DNA of 57,242 nt, counting the filler, from Jimgerdemannia flammicorona (taxonomy: Eukaryota): assembly GCA_003990765.1 (NCBI GenBank). It is 2 parts of 2 records of this genome, joined end to end, with 100 filler letters (N's around TTAATTAATTAA, not from the genome) between each part and the next. Parts side by side here need not be neighbours in the genome. Positions count along the whole stretch, not along the records: positions 1 to 28,576 come from RBNJ01000550.1; 1 more part is not named here. The stretch is one strand, 5' to 3'. The position numbers were made by a program, and so were the translations under genes. The notes under the pieces were generated by a model. The model made no database searches. It saw only the letters and a list, made by a program, of their open reading frames with translations, and was not told where the DNA came from. Shown here one piece after another: positions 13,878-24,699 of this stretch (within the stretch, counting starts at the first letter, position 1; every line of letters starts with the position of its first letter).

Positions 13878-14401
13878 GGTGAACTGGCTGAAGGGGTTTG
13901 AAGTGAATAGAATTCAAATTTTACTGGGAGGATTATATAGTTGGTCGGGCGTTTTGCATAATAAACCTTTGTTTTTTTTTTTTTAAAAAAAAAATAAAAT
14001 AAAAAAAAAATCATTCCCAGCGGATATTGCTTTCATTTTGGTTCAGTAGATTCTCGATCAAAAACCGTGTTAGGTCAATGTTGCCCTATTTTATTTTTCC
14101 TTTTTACATCGCCGTCCGCATATCACGTTCTCTGCATATATTTCGCGCTCGCGCGCGCCTCTTATATGTATTTTATCCTCGCGCCCCCCTTTATATATTT
14201 TGTTCTTCAACTCCGTGACGCCAATGTCCCATTCCTCACGTGCAATACGCCCAAGTGTCCATATAATGTCGAGGAAGTTAAAAAGTGACTTAACAGTATT
14301 AACTAAGTCGAAAATCTCCCATATTCACTCACTTGATTACTTTTGACTTGATATGACCGGTCATCTGGTTGATATGGCTGATCTGGACTTATCTGGATGC
14401 C

Positions 14402-14630
14402 AACTAAGCGCAGTGCGGTGATGACTAAGCACAGAGTGCCAACGAACGACGACTTAGCGCAGAGCAGTGACGATGATACGGTGACAATGCGCGGAACTGT
14501 GATAAACGAATACTAAGCGCAAAATGGCACGACGGACATGGATGACGGCTGACGGATAAGCACAGAACAATGACAACGATTAAACGCAGGACGGCGATGG
14601 ACGAGAACTATGTGCAGAATGACGACGATA
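14402..14630 (+). repeat. Degenerate minisatellite, ~8 copies of an ACTAAGCGCAGA-like core at 21-44 nt spacing
   Basis: Cores at ~14403, 14424, 14452, 14484, 14512, 14556, 14579 and 14607. Confidence 0.65.
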
Positions 14631-14935
14631 GTGGTCCGGATGAGTCAATCTAGAAAACCAACCACTGCGAGGTACTCGCTAAGCGATTTCGGCAGTCATT
14701 GTAGTAGGGCATTACGGTAGAGTGTAAAGAGTATGTCGTGGCTAGGAGTGGGAGTGGTATGACATGCCTTTCATTAATTGTGTCCTAACCACACGTGAAG
14801 GTCAACTTATAAATGGCTCTGCAAAGAGAGCTACACATATTGTACGTGCGCAGCTGGTAGTCAGGCTGAGTTCCGTGAAAAATTGCTTATAAGACCCAGG
14901 TCCTATCAGGAATTTCATTTGTAAACGAGTGTTGG

Positions 14936-15232
14936 GTTGAAGTCCCCGATTATGGCGAAAGGCGGCGAAGTTCATCGTTTAGAAGGGGAATGGCTGCAAA
15001 GTCTCCGATTACGGTGAATGACGGCGAGTTCGTTGTTTAGGAGGCGGCAAAGTCCCCGATTAAGGCGGGATTAACGTTTAGGAGAAGCGAATGGCGGCGG
15101 AATCCTCCATGAAGGCGAATGACGGCGAGGCGTATTTTTAAGGAAAAGGCGAAATCCCTAATTAAGACGAATGATGGAGTAGTTCACCGTTTAGGAGGAG
15201 CCAAATGGCGGCGAGGTTCATTGTTTAGGAAA
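14936..15232 (+). repeat. Degenerate 50-60 bp tandem repeat, 5-6 units
   Basis: Recurring AAGTCCCCGATTA.GGCGAATGACGGCGA.GTTC..CGTTTAGGAG blocks. Confidence 0.75.
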
Positions 15233-16009
15233 GAACTTGCCCACATATGGAAGTCTTACGCGATGATGCAGGAACGTTTGTGAAGGGATTGTTTGCATTT
15301 TTTAAATAACCCGAAATTGGAAAGATAAAGCAATTCTGGTTGACTAAGAAAGCATTCAAAAAAATGCGAAATAGGGTCTAGATAGGTGATGTTACGTTCT
15401 GATCTCTTAAAAATTCTCTAATAAAGTATCGATGAAGATCTAAGAAAAACCGCTGGTGGGTTTGCCTAGAAATTCACGAGTGTAACAGGCTCGGAGAGCA
15501 GACGATTTTGGACATCTGAAGAGCATCTTGTTCCAAATGCGCCCAATAAACTTTACTTCGGAAATGAGTTTTCTGTAGACACTGTGGTAGATGCACTTTT
15601 CTGATTTGTGCGTTAACATTACTAATCAATTTTCATCAGTTTCGACGACATTCTGGAGATGCTCAATGCATCTACACTGAGTTCCTCTGCAAAAAAAATG
15701 TACATATACCCTTCTTTCTGCAATAATACCATATAAGTAATGGTCTCAAGGAAATCAAAAGGTCCCCACCCATTAAAGAACACAAGCTCTAACAAGTCAA
15801 CAAGACGCCTTCACAAGCAGTAATAAGTTCAAGAAAGGCTTGTAATGTGTCTTGTGGAAGAGAGCTTATATCAGAATACCATAATAGAAAAGTTTATGAT
15901 GCAACATATTGTCACTCAGGCTGCAAAGACTCCAACTGTGCCTACTTCTGCTATCTCAAAAATCACCGCATAGGTATAAACAAATTGTAATCATAGACAA
16001 AAAACGTCT

Positions 16010-16510
16010 ATTAATTTGTGAAATCGGAACTGAAATTGTTCAAAGGTCGATAGACTATAGGATGTGTTGTAACCCACACTGAGCCGGTCCCTGTTCACTC
16101 TTGTCTCGAGCTCCAGCTTAAATCTGTTGATCTCTCCCACCTCGTGAAATACTTTCTCGACAATGTCCCACGGTTCAATTACATCTGAAAGGCTTGGTAC
16201 GGCAGGGGATTCGCCATTGTAATGATGTCAAAACGGAGCCTCCTATTCACCTTTGTTTCTAGATCCATATTGAATCTTTCGAATTCGTTTCCCACATCGT
16301 TAAATTGTTCTTTTGAAAAAGTCCTAGAACGTTTCCCAATTCAGACCGTTTCAGCTGCTGCACTCCATGGATTTTAGCCTTTATATCATCCCCTTGAGGC
16401 TCTTACTGTCCGCGGGGTTCTTTGTCCAATTTTCCTGGTCTGTGTTCGGGAATTGCAAGTCAAGTTCGCTAGGACTTGGTCGTAGATCATCTGAATGAAG
16501 TGCACTTCCA
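16010..16510 (-). pseudogene. Decayed paralog 4 of the MGN.. family with a duplicated C-terminal segment
   Basis: FIQMIYDQVLA, DLQFPN, KNPADSKS, LNWETF*DF..FNDV..FERFNMDLETKVNR, then again WDIVEKVFHEVGEINRFKLELETRVNRDRLSV. Confidence 0.75.
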
Positions 16511-16667
16511 AGTGGTGTGCGGAACCGACCTCAGAACACTTTGGAAATTAATTGAATTGTAAAAAAAAAAAAAAAAGCATTTATGGATAATACTATAGGG
16601 TGTCAGGGGTCTGGGCAAAGTGACTGTTGTAGAGGCACGTGCTCAGAAATCAATGCATCCTAATAAG

Positions 16668-17001
16668 TGTAACTCTACCATTGGCCATTAAAGGAAGAAG
16701 TCCACTGTAAGCTACTACATGCTTAATAATTAAATACATAGAAGCTTTCAGCAGACTTCTTCTGCAAGGATTACTCAGAGAAGTTTACATATCATATGGA
16801 ATTAGCTAGCAAATAGCTGAAACCTATATAAATAAGAAGAGATTAGAAATAGTAATAAAGCAGTTCTGAAATCTTAAATAAGTAAGTGTTTATTGCCAAG
16901 GACTAGATATTCAAGAAATATCTTATACAATAGATCACTTCTCAGACTCTTCAAGTGATTTCTAGATATATTTCTTAGTGAATTCTAGTAAATATATCTA
17001 T
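16668..17001 (+). mobile_element. LTR of family E, interrupted by an LTR of family C
   Basis: Starts TGTAAC, with TATATAAAT at ~16826 and AATAAA at ~16854. It is an inverted copy of ~19765-20089. Confidence 0.7.
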
Positions 17002-19200
17002 TATAATAGTGACCTCAGAATAATAACATCAGTATAGGAGACAGCCTTTCTTATAAGCTACCAGATCAGAAGGAGATCATATGACATAACTCACTCAGAC
17101 TATGAGATGAGTGATGATGACCAACTGAAGTCATTGTGACTACAGTATAGGTATATTGAGAAATATAAAAGAAGAATCAAGGAACTATAGTAGTAGTAAC
17201 TCAATAAGACCCACCAATCTCAAAATAGCTTAAAGACTTACTATAAATGAAATACCTGCTGCTTATTAAATCTCAAGGTCAAGGAACCACCAAGGTCTCT
17301 CAGTTGAAAAAAGGATGTTCCAAGACATCAGAAGAGCTATGAGGACCTATACAAAAAGGACTCCTAGTCTCAACCTGGGTACCAAAAATCCTTATCACTT
17401 TATCCTCTACTGCTGTAAAATGGAAACAAGAATCACCATTGCTACTGAATGCCTCTAAATATAGCAGAAGTATAAAATAGGAAACCTTCTCTACCAGGGG
17501 TTCCCACAGACCAGCTCTCAAGAGTTATAAGATATCACTTCTATAGATATATATGAAATAAGAACAGCTAAGAAGATTTATCAGATCTTCAGACATGTAC
17601 CATAGTTGATCCCCAACTTGGAGTATACTAGAGTCACAGACTTCAGAGATCTGTCAGCCTACTATATTAATACACTAGAAGCCAGAGTGGCAACAGAAGT
17701 CCAGTCCACTATCACTCTTGATAGTAATGAGATAGAAGAGTTCTGGTATCTCATTCTTAAGAACAATCTAGATCAATTCCTATAAAGATTGATCTCTGTA
17801 TTCTAAGGCCCCAGCATCCAGATCAGATCTCCCTAAGACCTTATATTTGTTTCCTATTATATAGAAGAGAACCTCATAGATTAGAGAGTCCCCAATTTCC
17901 CCACTACTGAATATGATGACATTATCAGTAATAATGTCATTCTATGCAATATATGTAAAATATATGATAAAACCAATTTTATCTCCTTCAAAGACATCCT
18001 GACCTCTAATAAAGATAAGGCCTTCATAATCTTAAATATTTTGCTCTAAGTCCCTTAGTTATACTGAATTATGATGGCATTCTTTTCCTGTGTAATAGCT
18101 ATTCCTCCACTGGTATTCTGACCTTATGTGACTCAGAATTATTCCAGCACCCTTTTTCTGTATTATTGAAATTATACCAGCATCCTGAACCTATATAACT
18201 ATCTGTGACTTATTCTACTAGAAAATAATATCTACAACTTCCTTTCTCCCTTCTAAGATCCTCTCACTGACCCTAACATAACTATAGAGAATGCAGAAAA
18301 TAATTTTGCTAGACTCTCTGAAGAAAATAAGAAGAAAGATAAGGATGATATAATCTCTATTATATTGAACTTTAAGATATATAAAGATGACTCTATTAGT
18401 CAAATTTGAATAAGTTAGTGACTACATATTTAAGTAGTCATATTTGGGTTAGTTAGTTAGTTACATAAACAGTGACTGTACTTTAACTAGCCAAATTTAT
18501 CACAAATATAAAACTAGCTTTTTTCAGTTAGTCACTTGAATTCCAAAGTATACTAAATAGTATTCTCTAGTAATTGTGAGTTTTAACCAATTACCCAGCT
18601 TTATATATAGTCTGAAATCTATATAAATACCCCTCTGATCTATAGTGAATAAACCTCAGTCAATTAGTATGTAACACAAGTCAATTAGTTTGTAATACTA
18701 ACTTAAGTTCTGAAAGACAAGAGAAGTCAAGTATAAGAAAAGACTCCAAGAGCTAAAGAAAATCACTCTTGCTACTACTGCTACAGAAATTGGATACAAG
18801 ACCCCAGAATTCAAGATTTAAGATATAAGACCATATTTTTAAAGATATGAGTCAATTGGTTTTACCAACTTAAGTTCTGAAAGACAAGGGAAGTCAAGTA
18901 TAAGAACTTTGAAAAAAGACTCCAAATGCTGCTATAGAAATTTTAATATTAAGAACTATCAAGAATTGCCACCATAGTTAGATAAGAAAATAACTATCAC
19001 TTAGAATACCAAGAACCACTACTACCATGAAAATCAGGTACTAGATCCAGAAACACTTACTAGAAAACTCACCAGAGATACTAAAAAACAATCACCAACT
19101 ATCAGAAAGCTCAGAAAACCTGCAGAAAACATTCTTTGACTATTTCAATATTCTGCTATTCAAAACACCTAGTTATATAACCAATAATCTGTAACATGTG
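17002..19200 (+). mobile_element. Long (~2.2 kb) LTR of family C containing an ORF remnant; 3' end approximate
   Basis: The start tataatagtgacctcagaa is a transition-mutated form of tgtaacggtgaccccagaa at 28187. TATAAAAG at ~17164, TATAAATACCCC at ~18622, AATAAA at ~18648. Confidence 0.7.
17252..18413 (+). pseudogene. LTR-embedded accessory ORF (~385 codons), family C
   Basis: Homologous to 28428-28539 (MSAACQTSRSRNHQG..) and at protein level to 23596-23808 on the minus strand. Read in one frame for the first ~270 codons, with stops explicable by transitions; 3' end approximate. Confidence 0.7.
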
Positions 19201-19654
19201 AATTCCAACCTGATATAAGAAATATAAATAAATTGAAGAGTAGTTTAACTGAAAATTGAGCCAGAACATTGTTAGTAAAGATATTAATAGTCTATATATA
19301 TAATTAGTAGCACCATTGAGTTATATATATCAGTATCTATTAGTAACCAAATCTATACAAATTATATACCACAATATATACTTAGAGAATTATTAGATCT
19401 TATTTAACTATTAACTAAGTTTATAGTATAGTATATTAGATATCTTTCTAATTATTAATAGAGTTTATAATCTATATTATAAATAATTATAAACTAAATA
19501 GAAGAAGTAATTTTATTAATAATATAAAGTAATATATTTTATATATTACTATTAATAATATAATATACAAGTTATTTAATAATATATTATATAGATAATA
19601 AGTTGTAAATCAATATTATATATATTAGTAGCTTAGTTCAATTTATATAACAGT

Positions 19655-22600
19655 TATGAGAGTTCTATAAAAAAATTTGATTACTAGGAAATTAGTCAAT
19701 AAAAGAAGTAAGTTATAGGAGTATATAAGAGTAGTTTGTAGAAGAAATTACTGAGAATATACAGATATATTTACTAAGAAATCTATTAAGAAATATATAT
19801 ATCTAGAGATTACTGAGAATGTTTGAAAAGTAATCTATTATATAAGATATTTCTTAGATATCTAATTCTTAATAATATATACTTACTTATTCAAGATTTC
19901 AGAACTGTTTATTACTATTCTCAACCTCTTCTTATTTATATATTTGCTAGCTAATTTTATTATAATATATAAACTTCTCTGAGTAATTTTTATAAAAAAA
20001 GTCTACTAAGAGTTTTTATATACTTAATTATTAAGTATATATTAGCTCACAGTAGACTTCTTTCATTAATAGTCAATTATAGAGTTATATAAGAATTTTT
20101 CTTATTAAGATATATTGATTTCTGAATATACATATATCTCTATATTCATATTTCTTTATTTTGATATATCTATCTCTTAATTGATTAATTATAGATATTA
20201 TTATATAATAAGAATGAGAGCTAGTAGAAGACATCAGATAGAAAATATCTGTAAGTAGAAAAGCTATAGATTATTTAGTAGAATCTCAGGAGTCTATAAT
20301 CTATAAGTAATATAAGTATAGTAGTTATAAGGATTTAACTATCAAATTCTGCCAATTTTTAATCAAGTACTATAAATTTATAAAGAGCTCTAATAAGCTC
20401 CCATCAGTACTTAGGAACCTAAGAATAATCTTAATAGAAATAGTATCTGTAATGTACCAGCTTACTATATTTAGAACTATATATTATATATATTATAGAT
20501 CTTTCTCAGATATTCTCCAACTAGTGGAAAATTATTCTCTTATAATCTATAAGATCCTGATTGAGATTCATTTATACTGCTACTCAATATATTTAGCAAT
20601 TTATTGATATAGAGTAAAGAATATATATTTTTGATAGTTGCTAGATTGAGCTTATAGAAATTATTACAATACTATAGATTTCTATCCTTCTTATCAATAA
20701 TGACCACCAGTGAGGTCTAGAGGCTTACTGACTATTAAATTATAATAAGTATTATTAGTTTGCATAGTTTTTCTAATATGAACTTCTTTTTTTTTAAGCT
20801 GAGCCTATATTCTTTTTGATAAATTGAAATAGTATTATGTATCAGTATAAATATAATATTATATAAGAGTACTATACTCAAACTCTTCTATCTTATTAAT
20901 GAATAGAGTATTATTCAATATAAGAATGAGAGTATTAAGTTGGTCTTTTCTAAGATCTAGACTAATTATTAATATAGTAATACTTGGGTACTGATTTCTT
21001 CACTATTATCTCTTATATATAAGGTATTATTCAATCTACTATCTTCATTAATATTCTCAACTCATACTTACTAGGTACTAGTCTGAACTGATATATTATT
21101 ATTATTATTCAAAATTAGACATATAGTATTTAAGTAGATATTTACTTCTCTGGATTAAAATTAAGCCATTCTGACTAAAATTATTACTAGTAAGTATCTA
21201 GAAATACTATTATATCAAATCTATACTTCTTGGTACCAATTTTCATTTTGAGACTTTTTATTATATCTAGGAGTATAGAGCCCCATTCACTATATTTATA
21301 ACTAGATTGGTGAGCTTGATGACATATTCTATTTTTTTGACAATATATTCTCGAATATAGTTCTCTAATATATAAGTATCAAAGATCACTCTCTAGATAT
21401 CTATTTCTATATTATTATATAGGACTATAGTTGGCTTCATAATAGTAGTAGTACCTATAATTATAGTTTTTTTATAAGTTATAGATTCTATAATAGAGTT
21501 TATAATGAGTTTTATAGATATTATATCTCTTTATAACTCTTACTTGAGTTTCTTATAAGTAAGCAGTAAAAGTGCTAGAAGTTGTCCATAAGTAATACTA
21601 GTATTAATATTTAGAAGAAAGACTGCAAATAAGTGGAGATCTTTATTATTCATCATCTTAATTATTCTATACTTCTAGTAGTTTTTAGACTTTTTTTTAG
21701 AGATGATGGTAAAAGATTAAATATTTAAGCAATCAATAGTTCTATCTTACTTACTTCTTCTATCTATTTTTTTTATCTATTAGTTCTATCATATATTTAT
21801 AGTCTCACTAGTTATAGTTGTAACTATATCTCTTATCTTATATATTCTTCTTCTTAATAGATCATAACAGATGTTCTTTATAATTAGATTAGTTGGATAA
21901 GCCTCAGTTTGATCCCTGAGTTCTTCTTTACTAATATCTACATAGTTAGTAGCAAATTACTAGAATATAGAGATCATTTGAACTGAGATATTATTACTAT
22001 ATATTAGTTATAAAACTTTAATTATTATCTTGGTAGTAGGATGAGCAATGTTTTATAATATATATATCTAATATTATTATATTTGCAATATTTTTATAAA
22101 GTAGTAGAGATATACTATTATTATATTTAAACTATTATATATATATTCTATTATTAATTTGTTATATATTATTATTTATTATTATATTAATAATCTTCTT
22201 TATGAGCTCTATCAGATTATCATTACTGGAGGAGATTGTATAAGCTATATGTATATTGACTATAGAGTTCTGACTTTATATTAGTTGGACTATAAAGGGA
22301 TTCAGTTTAGATATAGTATTATAAGAGTTTATTAATAGATTCTAGACAGTAAAGAGTATAGTAAGTCTTGGAACAAATATTATCAGTCAGTTTATTTCTA
22401 TTTAGCTTGTATAATCTTACTATACTCTCTGAGTGGTAGTAAGTATGTTGTCAAAGATTTCGATTTATATTTTATTATATTTTACTTCTATATAGATATA
22501 ATTTATTATTATAAGATATACTCTTTTATCTCTTATACTTAATACTATAGAGAGCATAATTCTTCTTTATATAGATTCAGAATACTTTTGGAGTCTCTTC

Positions 22601-23110
22601 TGGTCCTATCTATATGATACTAAATAGGTTGGCAATATATTCTTAATTTCTGATAAAATATTAAATGATCTAATCCTTAAGTATATTATAAGTAATCTGA
22701 GCTAAGTTGGCAAGAGTGACAAGAGACTACTATTAATAGAACTATAGTTATGATATCTTAGATAAACTCTGAGACTTCTTCTTAAAGATAAATATGTAGA
22801 GTATCTACTTACTTATTATTATTATAGATCTATTATTCAACTATATAGATTTCTAAGTTCTCAAAGAACTTGAGGATATTTTTATTATAGATATCAGTAT
22901 AGTATATAGAGATTTTATATGATATATATATTTCTTAGATATAAGTATAGTATAAATTTTTAATATTGAGTAAAATAAGATTCCTCAACATTTTCACCAA
23001 TGTGAGGTTTTTATAAAGAAATTTGATTGTTAGGAAATTAGTCAATAATAGAAATATATTATAGAAATAAATAAGAATAGTTTATAGAAGAAAATTATTA
23101 AAAATATATA
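19655..23110 (-). mobile_element. Extremely degenerate, internally deleted Ty3/gypsy element, family E
   Basis: 3' LTR at 19655-20089; the remnant 5' LTR at 23001-23110 repeats 19655-19770. PBS-like TGGTGAAAATGTTGAGGAATC at 22979-22999 is tRNA-Ala-like after reverting transitions. RT N-terminal remnant (FYKLNLATIKNIYSLLYINKLL) at ~20590-20700. Confidence 0.65.
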
Positions 23111-23111
23111 G

Positions 23112-24372
23112 TATTATATAGTGGTTGCTAAATTCTTCAAATATATCAGATTCTCTTTAAAGTATATCTCTTAGACTAACTCAAGTTTGTTATAAGTAAG
23201 TTAAACTTCTTATCTTTAAACTGTCTTGTTATCTCTTAGATTGCTTATATGGAATTGAGGGTAAATAAACTAGAACTGACTTTATTTTGAAGGAAATAAG
23301 AGGGGTATTTATATAAAATATAATTTAATAGTTGCTAAGATATAAAGCTAAATATAAATTCCAATAACTAAATAAAATACTGGAACACAGAAAACTGCCA
23401 AGTTCCAGTGTTAGAGATTATCATTATTCTTCAAGTTGTCTAGGGTGATATCATTCTGCTCTTGAGGTCTCCAGTCAATAGTGAGGTTATCTATAAAGTA
23501 GGAAATATCTGTAGAGTTCTGAGAGTAGTAGATTATCAGAGAAGAGTCTTGAAATAGTACAATTAGACTATGAAGAAATTGGTCTGGATTGTCCTCTAAA
23601 ATAGAGTTCCAAAGATCTTGAACTTTATCACTCTAGTAGATTGGACCTCCTTGGCAACCATTTTCTCAAGGTGGTCTATATGATGGCTTCTTAATTCTTG
23701 AATATCAGAGACCTTAATATACTCAAGATTGGAAATAGTCCAGGCACATATATATAAATTGAAGATCTGGTGGACTCTTCTGGCTAGTTTTTGCTCATAT
23801 TTGTCCATACATATAGTATCTTCAATTTCTTGAAAGCTGGTCTATGAGAACTCTTAGCAGAGATGATGTTCTATTTTATATTCTTACTATATCCAGAGAC
23901 ACTTAGTGGTAGTAGTGATTCTTGTCTCCATTTTCTAGTAGTTGAGAATATAGTAATAGGGGTCTCTTATATAGAGGTTTAGACTAGGAATCCTTCTTAT
24001 ATATAGCCTCATTACTTTCTTAATATCAGTGAACATTTATTCTTGAACTGATGGACCTGAGTAGCTCCTTGACCTTACTATTTGGCAGATAGCAGATATT
24101 TTGTTTTGTAGTAAGTTTTGTAATTGATGTCTTATCCTCTTTCTCTTGATGATTCTTTTATATATTGAGGGTCTGCTCCTTTAGTCCAGAGTATAGAGTT
24201 ATCTAACATGAGTAGTATACTGCTGGGATCATTATGAGTCATCATGAGTTTGGTTGTAGATCATCTTATGATCAAGATGAGTTACAGTTGAGTTATAACT
24301 TATAACTGGTGGCTTGCTAAGCCTAAGCAGTCTTCAGATTCTGATGTCACTAGTTTTAAAAATATCATTACA
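23112..24372 (-). repeat. 3' LTR of element D with an embedded ORF remnant (~24099 to ~23400)
   Basis: TATAAAAG at ~24160, ORF piece 23596-23808, then TATAAATACCCCTC at ~23300-23313 and AATAAA at ~23281-23286. Lower boundary approximate. Confidence 0.72.
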
Positions 24373-24699
24373 TCTGCCTCTTGTAAAATTAGAGCCATCC
24401 TCAGTAGTAGTGGTTGTACAGAAATAGTAGATCTTAGTTCTCTTTTTTTTAGACTTTTGGTGTATTTACAAGAACTGATCATTCTTGTCTAAGATGAGGA
24501 CTCTCATTGTTATAACTGGGGATTTGAATCTCTCAGAAATGGTATTTTCTGTAATCTGAGGTAATTTCTAGTAGCTTATCATCTATTATATAGATAGACT
24601 TAAGACTGGTTTCAATATTATTGGCTTTTTTAAGTTCCAAATGAAGTATCTGTTATTTTTCAATAGAGATAATACAGATGAGGTGATTGGAATTACTCA

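Noticed and set aside
13966..14011. T-run/A-run hairpin resembling an intrinsic terminator
   Set aside because: Eukaryotic context and no GC stem; more likely a poly(dA:dT) promoter tract.
14402..14630. CRISPR-like repeat-spacer appearance
   Set aside because: The core is only ~12 bp and degenerate, the spacers are irregular and resemble each other, there are no cas genes, and the context is eukaryotic.
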